Shown in pieces: positions 35,961 through 48,741 of a stretch of 64,000 bases of DNA. Below the pieces are notes generated by a model. That model saw only the letters and a list, made by a program, of their open reading frames with translations, did no database searches and was not told the DNA's origin. This DNA is from Lama glama (lineage: Eukaryota). A program made the translations under genes and the position numbers. The DNA is taken from contig CM052817.1 in the NCBI GenBank assembly GCA_028534125.1, forward strand, positions 80,478,001 through 80,542,000, read 5' to 3'. Numbering within the stretch: position 1 is the stretch's first letter; every line of letters begins with the position of its first letter.

Positions 35961-36976
35961 GTTTGTTAATTTAGATTAAGAAATGACTGGCAGAGAGATC
36001 CCAGATGCAAATGCTTTGGTTTGCATATTTTCATTTTTCCTCTTTATAGGTACATATATTTTTGTTATCTGATACCAATAATACCCAATTAATTTAAGCC
36101 ACTGTAGATGGCTTTTGTTATTTTGCAACCAGATGCCATCTTGATATTTCTTGTTCTTTAGTCAAAAAATGTTTTTCTTGGATCTTTCCTCTTTTGTAAG
36201 GATTTTAGGGTTGGCTGAACAAGTTAAATGCATATATTTTGAGGAAAAAAAAGAAAAGAATCTATTGTAATTTTTAACTTGCATTGTATGGTATTTAAAG
36301 ATTTATCTGAGGAACATAAATATATTTCTGATGTTGGGTATACCCATCTATGAATATTATATACATATAATGTTAAGTTTATTTTATATATATATAAATA
36401 TAGATATGTTTTTAAAATCAAGTCTTATTTTATGTCTTTCAGTGAAGTTTTCAAATTTTTTCACATATGTCTTGCTCATTTTTTGTAACATTGATTACAA
36501 AATCTCTTAAATCGTGTTTTAAAAAATTGTATTTCTTTGCTATTTACTGTTGCTGTATAGGAATGAAATTGATTTTTATACATTGTTATAAGCAACTTTG
36601 CCATCATATTCGTTCTAATAGTATACTCTATATCAAATTAATAGTGTATAAATTCTCTTGAATTTTCTAGATAATTCTATCATCTGCAAACCATGACAAC
36701 TGATGTTTTCCTTTCTAGTTGTGGCAGGGATATTTATGACCCTCGGAATATTCTTTCGAGTCATTTGCAGTCCATGCTTGTGTCTAAATTTTCAAGTTGA
36801 GTTATTTATATTTGCCCCTTTAGATTAAAAAATCTCTACTGTGTCATAATGTTCCCTTTCCATGTATTCCTAGTATCAACAGTTAAGAATTGCATGTCCT
36901 CTTAAGTATCTACGTTAGCTTATCCTCCATGTTTTGATATAAATGACAGTACTTTTACTTTTTTCAGTTCTAAGTA

Positions 36977-38127
36977 CAGCCGACCCTTGAACAACATGGG
37001 TTTGAACTACGTGAGTACACATATACGTGGATTTTTTTCAATAAATATGTTGGAAAATTTTTTTGAGATTTATGACAGTAGAAAAAACTCATAGATGAAC
37101 TGTGTAGCCTAGAAATATCAAAAAAATTAAGAAAAAGGTAGACATGTCATGAATGCATAAGATACATGTAGATACTAGTCTATTCTTACATAGGCACAGG
37201 TGAGTGGTATATAATATGAAATTAATAATGTTAGTTTTCTTATAACTTTGCTTTCAAAGAATTACAATATGGTATGCTTGTCTCTCTCTTGTAATTGGAG
37301 AAACTGTATATCAGCCTATCATCACAGGTAAGTGGTTTATTTAAAAAATGTAACATTGTTTCCAATACTGTGATCTGAGATTTTTTTTTAATTATTTTAT
37401 TTTGGCAGAGGCAGGTACGTAATTGGGTTTATTTATTTTTAGAGGTGGTACTGGGGATCGAACCCAGGAACTTGTGCACGCTAAGTATGCACTCTACCAC
37501 TTGAGCTATACCCTCCCATCTTATTTCCAATACTGTATTATAAATTTGACTGAAATATTGTATGCCATAAAAATTTTATAATAATTTATTCATTAGCATA
37601 TAGGCTAGGCTACCATGAAGCATTTGTATCAGTTACACTAGGCAATCATATTGATTACTTCTTCATTATCAGTGCAGGAATCATTTTACCTGTAAATAAA
37701 TATGAATTTCTTTTTCACATTATCTTTTCATTTTTGATGTCTAGTGTTAGTAACACATATAACATCTGCAGTGTTTTATCATATGAGACAATGTTGATGT
37801 AGGTACTAACAGATTGATTCATCTTGTAAACACGAGCTAAACTTACCATATCAATAAATACAGTACAGTATGACAAATGTATTTTCTTTTCCTTATGGCT
37901 TTCTTAATAACATTTTCTTTTTTCTAGCTTACTTTATTGTAAAAGCACAGAATATAATACATATAACATACAAAATATGTTTAATCGGCTATGTTATTGG
38001 TAAGGCTTCTGGTCAGTAGTAGGCTTGTAGTAGTTAAGCTTTGGGGGAGTCAAAAACCATACCTGAATTTTTGATTGAGTGGGTGAGGTCAGTGCCCCTA
38101 ACCCCCACGTTGTTCAAGGGTCAACTG
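36977..38127. mobile_element. Tigger2-derived (TcMar-Tigger) non-autonomous DNA transposon, both ends intact
   Basis: TIRs cagccgacccttgaacaac (from 36977) and gttgttcaagggtcaactg (to 38127); TA TSD at 36975-36976 and 38128-38129; no transposase ORF. Confidence 0.93.
37381..37520 (-). mobile_element. Vic-1-type SINE nested in Tigger2
   Basis: Minus strand GGGAGGGTATAGCTCAAGTGGTAGAGTGCATACTTAGCGTGCACAAGTTCCTGGGTTCGATCCCCAGTACC; TSD tttccaatactgt 37359-37371 / 37524-37536. Confidence 0.93.
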
Positions 38128-39199
38128 TATTTTCTAATTTGCATTGTGATTTCTTCTTAAGCTAATGACTTGGAAGTATTTCAAACATGAATTTTAAAAA
38201 CCAATTTTTATTCTAATTTTAATTACATTATGTTCAGGAAACATGGTCTACCTGATGTCAATTCTTTTTATTAGTTGAGATTTACTTTGTGGTTCCACGT
38301 GAAGTCAAATTTTCTAAATATGCCATTTGTACTTGAGTAGAATTTTTGTCTCTTAATCAGCAGATGCAGTATACTAGATAGATTCATAAAATTTTGTGTA
38401 TCCTTATAGATTTGTTTTAATACCTTTATTGAGGTATAATTTATATATCATAAAATTCATCTATCTAAAATTGTACTAAAATGTTATGATTTTTAGTAAA
38501 TTTACATAATATGCAAACCTCACGATAGTAGTTTTAGAACATTTCACCGTAAAGAGATTCCCTCCAGCCCATGTGCAGTAATTCCTGTTTCCATACTTAC
38601 TGATCTGTGTAGCCGTCATTCGGCAGTTTCAGAGAGATATGAATGTGGGATGGTTTTGTCACTTTCTCTTAGTAATAATGTAAATCTTTGCTTTACACAG
38701 TTTGTGGCTATTTTACTAAGTACATACAAGCTTAAAATTATTACATTTTGTAGGCAAAATTTTCACTTAACCATTATATAGTATCTCTCTCTAAAAATCC
38801 TTTTGTCTTAAAGTCTATTTTGTTTGCTATTAATCTAGTTAGAACAACCTTCTTTGGATTAATATTTATTTGGTATATCTTTTCCACCATATTCTTATAA
38901 ACATTCATGATGTTAAATTATAGGTATGTCTGTTAGAATCAGCATATAATTGGATTTGGTCTTTTTGTTTAATCTGACAATCTCAATCTTTTAACAGGTT
39001 AAACTATGTACATTCAATGTGATTGTTGACATATTTGCCTTTTTTTCTATGAATTATTTGTTGCCTTTTATTTACCATGAATTTTTCTTTTTCTCCCTTT
39101 CCTCCACCTCCCTTCCCCGCCTTTTCCTTTCCTGTCTTTTTCGCTTGACTGAACTTTTTTCCCAATTCTCCACTGATTCTGTCTGGAAGTGATGCCTTC

Positions 39200-39290
39200 T
39201 ACACATACATACATAATACATGCGTATATATTTGCGTGTGTGCGTGAGTGTAGGCATATAAATGTATGCATGTGCACATGTATATAAAAT
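39200..39290. repeat. Degenerate alternating purine-pyrimidine (CA/TA/TG) tract
   Basis: 'acacatacatacataatacatgcgtatatatttgcgtgtgtgcgtgagtg...atgtatgcatgtgcacatgtatata'. Confidence 0.7.
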
Positions 39291-40689
39291 CCTTGAAAAG
39301 TCTACTTTTACTTTAAGAGTTATAGTCACGTAGCATTTTAGTTCCATCTTGAATTTTAGTATTATACTGTAAAGTATCGTTAAGATTTAAACACACGTTT
39401 ACCATTTCCTGGCATAAAACTATTTCTTGCATCTTATTTTTTCCTTCCAAGCTCAATCTCTTGTTTTTGAAGTACATATTTTAAAAGTTTTTTTAATGAG
39501 AGTGATAATAGTAAAGGCTTTGATTCTTTGTGTGTTTGGACATGTCTATTTCCTCCTCAGTATTGAATAAAAATGTGGTTGGGAATAGAATTCTGATTTA
39601 TCTGGTATTTTCTCTCAGCATGTTGAAATTATATTCTATTGTCAGCTCATTTCTTTGGTTAAGAAGTCTGATAAAAGTCTATGTATCATTCCCCTATCAC
39701 ATTTTTAATCTCTGCTTGCTTTTATGATCTCCCTTTATCTAGATTTAATTTATATTTATTTACTCTGTTCAGCACTCATTCTGCCTGCTGAATCTGAGAA
39801 TTCATATCATTGATTCATCCTGGAAAAGCCTTAACCACTACATCTTCAAATTTTACTTCTCCCTCATAAAAATTTCTGGAAATCCTGTGAGGAGCTTTGT
39901 CATCTATTCTGTCTCTTAAACTCTCATATTTTAAAATCTCTTTCTCTGTGTTGAATTCTGAGTATTTTTTCAGAAAGTTTTGTTCTTTTAGTGTTTTAAT
40001 TATTTATTTTGTCTTTAATCAATGTACATATATTTATTTAATGATACCTTAGAGTTTGTCATTATTTTAGTTTTGCTGTTTAAGTCTGTTGTTTGTTGGG
40101 TTTGCAGACTCCCAAATGTGGTAGATTCCTTCGATATTGTGTGAGATCATTTTCAGTAAGGCTCTATCTCTGTGAATTCTGTGCATCCTGAGTTGTGAGT
40201 ATACTTCACAGAGTTTGTATTTGCCCTGCCAGCGTTTCCAGGGATTTAAAGGCCTAGGGCCAGTTTATATGCTTATTTTGTGGTTTGAGGTCCTGAGACT
40301 ATGTTGGCGGTATACAAATCCCAATTCCAGCTATGTGTGGTGTCAACTAAGAATTACTAATATCTAGGATAGATCTTGACCCCCAGTTGAGTTAAACAGG
40401 TATCTGCCAGTTAGTGGAGTTTTCAGTCCACTCAGACTTTTCAAGCTACTTTTATTATCTTCCTTTTTTGCTCCTTCAACCCAAACTCCCACAGTGACTA
40501 TTTCTACCAGGAGGCAGAGATCTGTGTTCATAATGCCTGCCCAAGAAAGACAGTGTGTCCAGATGGCCCACTGCAGTACCCCAGCTGGTCAATCAGGGTG
40601 TAGCCTGACCCTTCAGCCAATACTTCCAAACATGATGATGCCATTTAATTCCAGAGTAGTAGATGCCTGACCACCTTCTAGCCTGTGGC

Positions 40690-40793
40690 TCTGTTCTTCC
40701 ATTCAGTGATCATGCAACACCTAAGATTCATATCTGACCAAACAAATGGGAACTACAGCCTGGCCAAGTTGACACAGAAAACTGACCATCCCA
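40690..40793 (-). mobile_element. MLT2-like (ERV-L) LTR terminal fragment
   Basis: 'actacagcctggccaagttgacacagaaaactgaccatcccaca' matches the recalled antisense MLT2 5' end. Confidence 0.65.
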
Positions 40794-40799
40794 CATATG

Positions 40800-41370
40800 T
40801 GCCATGGAGAGCCTGGAGGATGTTAGATCACCAAAGCAATTAGGTACACACTTTGATTTGCCCCTCCAACCTTCCTCTTAGAACTGGTCCCCAGGGGAGG
40901 AGGCTACCGCAGTCCGGGAGGAGCTGCTCCCAGAGCGTATCTGGTGTCTGAGGACCCGGGTGGTGCATGGGGTACAGCCTAGTGGATATTATGATGTTCC
41001 ACCCAGAGCCCCCTTCTGCAATGAAGGACTTGTTCCCCCACTTTCTGGAAGTGCTACCAGATGTGCCATCCAACTGCCAGCCCTGTCTGGGAATTGCCCT
41101 TGACTGAAGAGGGCCCCTCGCCCCAATTGAAGATGGCTGGCTCCCTTGCCTCAACTCAAGACACTTCTGAAAAACCACCCCAGTTTCAAAGCCTCCCCAT
41201 GGAGTCAAATGAGGCCCTAGATGACCCTGAATGGAAGCCCTACTTTGCCCTCTGCCTAATCCTGCTTCCTTCTCTTCCTCTATGGAGGTGGATCCCGAGA
41301 GCACTCCCTGACCCACTTTCTGCATGCTAACCTCCATTTCAGAGTCTGCTTCCCAAAATTCTGATACATA
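40800..41370 (+). mobile_element. LTR16-like ERV-L LTR with adjacent internal 3' remnant
   Basis: 'ccacccagagcccccttc...gaaggacttgttcccc...gggaattgcccttgactgaagag...gatcccgagagcactccct...ctgcatgctaacctccatttcagagtctgcttccc'; LTR starts ~40980 after a G-rich tract. Confidence 0.8.
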
Positions 41371-41489
41371 TTCAGCTGGTTGAAGTTCTTTCTCTGCTGA
41401 TACAGCCATAATTTTCATGCCTGAGAGGTCTGTGGTCTTGGTGATACTGCTTATATGGGTTTCCTGTCATCTTTTGGGGGGTATTTCTT

Positions 41490-42300
41490 CCTTTTTAATT
41501 GTGGTAAACAATACATAAAATAAAACTTACCACTTTAACCATTTGTGAGTATCTAATTCAGTAGTATTAGATATATTCATAATATTGTGTAATCATCACC
41601 ACTGTTTATATCCAGAACTTTTTCATCATTTCAAACAGAAACTCTGAACCTATTAAGGAATAACTCCCCATTCTACCCTCCAAAAGTTGCTCTTAGTGAC
41701 CTCTGCTCTACTTTCTGCCTTTCTGAGTTTGCGTATTCTAGATTCTTGATATATAAGTGGAATCATACAATATTTGTCCTTTTGTGTCTGACTTACTTCA
41801 CTTAGCGTAATGTTTTCAAGGTTCATCTATGTTGTGTCATGTACCAGAATTTCATTCCTTTTTACAGCTGAATAATATTCCACTGTATGTATATATTCAT
41901 TTTATTTATCCATTCATATTTTGATGGCCAGTTGGGCTATTTTCACCTTTTAGCTATTGTGAGTGCTGCTATGAACATTGGTGTACAAGTTTCTGAGTCC
42001 CTGCTTGCAGTTCTTTTGGATATATACCTATGAGTGGAATTGCTGGATCATATGGTGCTTCTATGTTCAACTTTTTGAGGAGCTGTCAAACTGTTTTCCA
42101 TAGCAGCTGCACCATTTTACATTCCTACCAGCAATGCATTAGTATTCCAGATTCTCCACATCCTTGCTACATTTGTTAACAATATTTGTCTTTTTCCATT
42201 TTAAAAGTTATAGCCATCCTAACAGGTATAAAGTGGTTTATCGCTGTACTTTTGATGTGCATTTCCTCAATAACTAAGGATATTGAGCATCTTTTTCATA
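41490..42300 (-). mobile_element. L1MB-like 3' end, antisense, inserted in ERV-L internal sequence
   Basis: 'aagtggaatcatacaatatttgtccttttgtgtctgacttacttcacttagcgtaatgttttcaaggttcatc', 'gtggaattgctggatcatatgg', 'gatattgagcatctttttcat'. Confidence 0.93.
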
Positions 42301-45300
42301 GGTTCCATTTTTTACCATGTATAAAAAAGAACCCCAGAGGATATCTTGGGTTCAGATGTACCCTCTCTATGCCCTTTGTGTAGCAGCTATCTTTTACCTT
42401 CTTAGCAACGATGTATGTGGGATACCATGCTGGTGAATAAAGCATTCACCTAACACACGTAAATTATCACACAAAGAAGGAATTGCAGGCAGGGTGGCCC
42501 AATCCATATCCAAAATAAACATCTGTGAGGACAGTAACTATGCACTTCACGATGTAAGGGATTCAGTGTAACTGGCCTTGCCAGGTGGCTGGATAGTTCC
42601 TTATGTTAAGGTGGCCCTATTAGGGGCTCAGCATTGGTTTCTGCTGGTTGGAGATTGGAAACTTAGTGATAGCAGGAGGTAGTTTAGCCTTGGTGGAGGA
42701 AAATCCACGTTGTACCCATACCTAAACCTGTATATACAATCTCTTATTTCATAAGCCAACTGAGCATGGCTGAGTGAAAATAACCAACCAATATCTACAA
42801 AGTAAGTAACCTTAATGACCTAGTTATTCAATGTTTCCTTTGCAGAAGAATCAACTGTGAATATTGACATGGAACACAATCATCTCTATTCTCTTGGTAT
42901 ATATTCTGAATGGTCCATCTATCTGACTCCTTTCCAAGTCCCCTAGTTATCAATCTTTCAAACTTGTTTTTTCCAAGGCCCAGTCATCAGACCAAACTAT
43001 TAGCTATCTCCATCATTTGAAGAGATTTCTACCTCCAGTTATTTCTCCTAAGAGTCCAAGTGGACAATAAGATGTACTTCCCAAAGTTCTGCCCACTTGT
43101 AAGCATCTTCCATTCTCTGTCTTTTTGAATCATACTTGGGTGAGACTGCCGTAGAACATTTATAGCTGGAACCAGCATGTTTTATAGAACCTTCTCTAAA
43201 CAAGGTTGAATATTTTATCCTCAGTTAACTGGTTACAGGGAGTTCCCAACAAGGTCCTAGATATATGTTGGTGAAAGGATAGATGGGAGGCAGGAGTAAT
43301 ATGTTGGGAGTGGGAAGCATCTGCTTGCTTCAAAAGCAAAATATCTATTTGCTGAAGAGACTTTGATCCAAAATCCTTAGCGTTCTTAAAATTATAATTA
43401 TCTTATTGCCACAATCTCCACGTAGTGTCCTGACCCACAAGGTGATAAGAGATAACAGACAGGGTTTATTGCCATTGAGCCAGGTTGAGCTGCTGAATCC
43501 TCTTTCACACATTTTCACACATTTTCCAAGACATCTAGAGTCCCTGTTACTTTCAATTCATTGGTCCTATTAGCACATCATCATCAACGTAGATGTCCAG
43601 AGGGATGCCCTGTGGGATGGTGGTGATCCAGGTCTCAGTGGACCAAATTATGTCGTGGGACCAGAGAGTTGACAAAGCCTTAAAGGGAGTTGGTGAAAGT
43701 ATAATGCTAAACCTCCCAGGGGAAAGCAAACTATAAAGGGTGGGGCAGAGGAGAGCTTTGTTTTTTGGTAAAAGTAGGTACATTCCAGATGCCAGGGACA
43801 ATGTTGATTTGCTCCTGTAATGAGATCACACTTGAAACAGACCTGCTATGGAGTCACCAACTGAGAAAGCTTAGTAGTCTACTATTAATCTCAAAAACAT
43901 ACATTTCCCCCTCCAGAGATCAAGTCAAACAAATGAGTTAAAGGAGGTTATCACAGGAATAACTATACCTTAAATTTCAGTTCTTGAATGATGGTATTCT
44001 CTATGATCCTCTAAGAGGGACTAATATTCATTTTGGTTTACATTTTGGAAACTGAGGGAAAGGTTCTAGAGCTTCCACTTATCCTTCCCTTTTCTAGGAT
44101 AACCCCACTCCATAGGTCAGAGTTCCCTTGTAGGGGATTCTTCCAGTTGCCTGGAATAGCTGTTACAACTATTTGGCAGAAAAAACAGCACGTGGACAAT
44201 CTATCATGACCTCAAATCCTTGGGAGCAACTAGCTACCTTCAAAGATTCTTACTGTTCAAACAATTCTGACTTAATTTGATTCAGACGCCTATTTTGGGA
44301 ATCACATCTACCTCATCTCCAGCAGTTAAATGTTGCTACTTGGTCTCTGCTTGTCCAGATTTAATTAACCTCATTTAAATAAGAAAGCCATTATCAATGG
44401 GGTTTTCTCTCACCTTCATTTCTGACCTGTAGAGGACAGAACCAATGAACTTTAAAAAACTGCTGACACTTGTCCCCTGCCAATGCACTGCCTAATGTCA
44501 GGTTCAGTGAGTATTCTCTGGGCCCTCTTAGCACATATAGTTAGGGAGGGGGGAAGCTGACTGCATATGAAAATTTGTCTCAACGTACTTATTTCCTTTA
44601 GTCGTTAGGTTCTTTCCTGAACATTATATCAAGAAATTTCTGGCATCTCAACCTTATTTCCTGTAGACCACTTCTAAGTCCAGATTTTAGAAAAGCAAGT
44701 GAACAAACAGGACCACCAGCTACTCAAGCTAAAATCGCTGGTAAGTGGAGCTGTGTTGATTAATTCAAACTGATCTGTAATTATTTACCTCCCTCTCTAA
44801 TCTAGAACCCTTAGAATCTGATCCCCTGTATATTATCTGTGTTCTGGATGATCTAAATAAGAGAACTGTTATAGTTGTGTTTGTCTTTCTTTCTTAGTTT
44901 AACTTCATAAACATGGGAATGCTGAAATATGACTGTGGTTATAGGTCTGAAGGCAATGAATGGTGGTTAAGGGAGGAAGACAGGGAGAATTGGCATCTAA
45001 TGCAAGTTATTTACCTCAGGTGGGATTATCACAGACTCTTACTGGATGATAGTTACAGCTTCAACAGATAGGGCAGCCCAGGCTGATTATTCTCGGTTAG
45101 CCCAGTGGGACTGGACAGTTCAGATACTCACTGTTAAATCCTCCCAAATATCCAGTCCAGTTATGGGTGGAAGTGGCAGGGTACCAAGCAATCCAGAATT
45201 TCTCATCAGAGAACTAATATGAGTGTAAATTCACTGATGTCATAATTCAGAGACTCATAGGCTCAGACTCTACATCTCATTTTTGGCTATGTCACACACA

Positions 45301-45660
45301 AAAAATGTGGCTGTCAAGAGATTAACAATCTTTAGGGCAACTGCAGTAATTTCTTGGTCTCTGACCATACTGTCAACCATGAACTTAAAACCCTGATGCT
45401 ATCTTTTTCTTTCTGTAAGAACCCCAGTACAATTAGAATTAGTCAGTCAACCACACAGACGGTATATTTCTTATGTCCCTCCATTCTGCTCTGTAATGGC
45501 AGCATTCCAGTGCTTCTGGTGACTGCATGTAAATGTGTAGGCACCTCTGTCCCATCCTTGGATCATAATCAGATCCTCAGTGCCTTCAAATCCAACCAAG
45601 TCAGACAGTCAATCTCAGATTTCTATCCCCTCACCTGAAAAACCACCTTTGTTACCAAAG
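42300..45660 (-). mobile_element. Decayed ERV-L internal region (gag-pol), antisense
   Basis: RT YxDD-like motif ...PQGIPLDIYVDDDVLIGP (ORF 43553-43801); integrase-like NQQKPMLSPYRAT and VLTDVYFGYGLGHPACN (42480-42650); 5' end TTTGGTAACAAAGGTGGTT (minus strand from 45659) resembles the ERV-L start TTTTGGTACCAGGAGTGG. Confidence 0.85.
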
Positions 45661-46130
45661 ACTTTATATGTCAGAATTCACTCTAATCAGTTTAAGGAAA
45701 CACTAGGTAGTTTAAAGAATCTTCAGGAGGGCCAGAGAAGCAGGCTGGGGTGACTGCTACAAAGCAAGGAACAAAGCAGCCTTGAGAAATACAGAAGTCT
45801 TACACAGACATGTTTTGAAGAAAACACTCATGGTATTACCATCTATCATAACCATAGGAACTGTACTCCAAGAAATTCTACCATAGCTGCCCTGGAAGAG
45901 TTGGATGTTCCTGCTTTCCAGGAGATCTGATCTCCCCTTCATGTCCACTGCTCATGTTGTTCACGTCCATCTTTGAGTTTTGAGTGGTTATGTCTGCTTG
46001 GCAGAAGCTGGATCTCATGAGGAGCCCTAGGCTGCAAGGGAGTCTGGAAAATGTGGAGTTCAGCTTCTGGACTCTGCAGAACAGGAAGTCAAGCTACAAG
46101 AGGTTATATAAATGCTTAATTGTTCAACTT
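45661..46130 (-). mobile_element. Ancient ERV-L/MaLR-type LTR (MLT1-like motifs)
   Basis: 'cactctaatcagtttaagg', 'gaatcttcaggagggccagagaagcaggctgg', 'cctaggctgcaagggagtctggaaaatgtg'; abuts the ERV-L internal start. Confidence 0.6.
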
Positions 46131-46337
46131 ATAGCTATTGTTCATACTTATTAAAGGGGCTGTCAAACTTGACCCTTTTCTCCATTTGATTAATCTCAGC
46201 AGACAGCATAGGAAGGTTAGGTGGGAGTCAACGTGGCCAAATTAGCTGTGGGGCACTTCTTACAGATTAGGAATTTTAAAGGAAGAGTGAAGCTATCAGT
46301 AAGGTACTAGAGTTATAATATAAAAATAGAAAGCAGA

Positions 46338-46383
46338 TCGATCTATCTATCTATCTATCTATCTATATCTATATATATATATC
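46338..46383. repeat. (ATCT)n(AT)n compound microsatellite
   Basis: 'atctatctatctatctatctatctatatctatatatatatat'. Confidence 0.95.
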
Positions 46384-46799
46384 AAACATAACAGCAAGAG
46401 AGTAAAAGAAGTCCATATTTACAAAACAAAGAACTAATGGCATTTCTTCCCAATCTTCTAAGGTATGACAATGGTACAGCCAAGAATAACAAAGAACAGG
46501 AACTAGAAAAAGAGAATTGCAGTTTCTCTTAATTTTCTTTCATATCTAAATCCTCTGTTCTTAGATTTTAAAATAAAAACAGCAACAGGAACTTACCTTT
46601 GGCAAAACTGGAAATAATTTAGGTGGTTATACCTCTTGGAAAACACAAGATTTAATTTTATTTTTGGCTCAAATAAACACAATTCAAAGTAATGTAATGA
46701 TAATCATGAATGAATGCTAAGTGGAAGGGATGATGATAACATCTTAAATTGATGATAAGATAGTAATTATTTGGGGGGGGCAAGTTCCTATCTGCTACA

Positions 46800-47090
46800 T
46801 CTAGAAAGTTAGAATCATAAAATCAGGACGTGAAAATTAAAAGGAACCTCAAAACCAGTCAAGCTTCTCATTGCGAGGCAGAGTTCTTTCTACCACTCCC
46901 TGACAAATGATTCATTTTCTATCATCAACTTGAATATTTCTGAGAACAAAGAACAAATTGCTGCATTGGTCATCAAATGAAGAATGCATTTGATTTGGTG
47001 TAACTTTTTCTTAGCGATGTCTTACTATTTGTTACCCATTGATTATTGTTTTCTAAGCTCTCATAATCTATACAATCTGTCCTTTTATTT
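46800..47090 (-). mobile_element. CR1/L3 3' fragment, antisense
   Basis: 'tagaatcataaaatc...aaaggaacctc...accactccctgacaaatg...cttgaatatttc...ttacccattg'. Confidence 0.55.
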
Positions 47091-47534
47091 ATTAATTGTA
47101 GTTAGCACATTTATTAAACTTCTTGATAGGGGCGAAAAGATTTTTAAAAATAAATTTCAACGTGTCATATATCTTCTACTTAAAATCAAAATGAAACATA
47201 TTAAGAGGATTAGCCCCTTGGGTAGTTTCCAACCTTCCCACCTAAACCCCCATTTGGTTCTCTAACTGTATTAAGCAATGGGCACTGCTAAGAGAAAAAT
47301 TTTCAAATCCTCAAAGAAAATAAAAATCCATCATGTATTTTATTTTAATGTGCTACATGCTGAAGAAGAAAAGGCAGGGGAAGTGAAATGGCTGTTTATA
47401 AGGCTGATTTATACTGATTTGCCTGTTACTGAAAGAATTACGAACTGTACTGATACCAAAACCTCAAATAAATTCAGTGACATAAATATCATCAACTGCG
47501 AGATTTACCTCTTCCCACCATGGCAATCATTCTG

Positions 47535-48253
47535 GTCAGAAGTCTTTGAGATTGCAAAACAACAGAAATTCAATAAACTGGCTTATTCAAAAGAAAGAAT
47601 TTATTCTTAAACATACCTGAGAAGGTGACTGATTCAGACATGGCTGAATCCAGGTGCTCATATGATGCGATCAACAATCTCCAAATCTGCTTCTATTTCT
47701 TGAGCCTTAGGCTGACTTTTCCTCCTGGATGATGGTGATAGTCAAGTGCAGCTCCAAGTCTATATGCCACCATTTAGTCACACTCCACTGCAAAGCAAGA
47801 ATGCCTCTTTTCTAAAAATTCCAGCTAAAGTTCTCAGGCTAACTTTCATGAGCTCAACTCAGTTCACATGCCTGTTCCTGAAACTCTTCACTGTGGCCTG
47901 AGACTTTGAAAAGGCTGGCTGGCCAGTATGAGTGAGTGTACTGCTGCAAGTAGGGAGGCCTGAGTATAGACTGTACAAAGCCTGCAGCTGCCGGGCAGTG
48001 CAGCCCCCACTATTTGCTGGGCAAGCCTGGTGTTTTGGTGCTGGACATGGGCTTCATTTGCTTGGAGGAAGGTGTGTATTATTTGAATTTGCACAAAGGC
48101 ATCCTATAAATTAGCTGTGGCCCTGGAGCCATAGATGTGAATCACCTGGACTGTGAGTGAGGACCAGTAGTCCTCTGGTTGAAAATCAGATGCTGTTTCT
48201 AATGCTAAGGAAAAATGGACACTGGGCAAAGAGCTATCAGATGCCCACTACAG
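47535..48253 (-). mobile_element. MLT1J/K-like MaLR LTR interrupted by a MITE
   Basis: 'ttgcaaaacaacagaaattcaataaactggctta...ttcagacatggctgaatccaggtgctca...ttcacatgcctgttcctgaaac' and 'aaatcagatgctgtttc...ggacactgggca...gatgcccactaca'. Confidence 0.8.
47915..48126. mobile_element. MER91-like hAT-Tip100 MITE
   Basis: End 'ggaggaaggtgtg...aatttgcacaaaggcatcctataaattagctgtggccctg' resembles the MER91 terminus. Confidence 0.65.
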
Positions 48254-48741
48254 AAGAAATGCCATTAGTGTCATTCTGAGTGTCTTGTCTAGTAGATCCA
48301 GCTCTGCTCAGTTTACATCTAAATCTACTCAACTCAGCTCAATGCAGTATTGAGGCCAAAAAGTGTGTTTGCTGGGTAGGTGGATAAAGAGACACTACCA
48401 AAAACAACAACAAAAAGGCAAAGGACAGAAGAGTTTTTTTCCTTAAATAGCATAAAATATTCTTACTTTAAACTATGTCAACTAGGAAATTTTTTTTCTC
48501 TAATTGAAGGTTTACTTTGCTTTTACAAATAATTTAAAATTTCTCATGCAAAATCAAAGATGGTTGAGTGTAAATATTCCTTTAGTTGCTTTTTAGCAAA
48601 ATAATCTGTGTATTTCAGTGAATGGCACATTATATGTTCAAATATGATTACACTCTGGTAAATTTACAAAACTGAGGGATTTAAAAAGAAATACTTAACT
48701 TCATTATATTTATTATAGTTTTACCATTCCTTACTTCCTAA

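Larger units (their letters stand above)
36080..40300 (-). mobile_element. Long, old, fragmented L1, antisense (host of Tigger2 and other inserts)
   Basis: Antisense L1 motifs 'atacccatctatgaatatt', 'ctatcatctgcaaa', 'ttagttgagatttactttgtggttcc', 'ttgtcttaaagtctattttgtttgctattaat', 'aatctgacaatctc'; resumes on both sides of the Tigger2; a separate L1 3' end lies at ~38420-38600. Confidence 0.7.

Noticed and set aside
40840..41418. 192-aa ORF
   Set aside because: Lies antisense across an LTR16-like LTR; chance open frame.
43553..43801. Active or domesticated reverse transcriptase
   Set aside because: Only the C-terminal residues are RT-like; the surrounding pol is full of stops and frameshifts.
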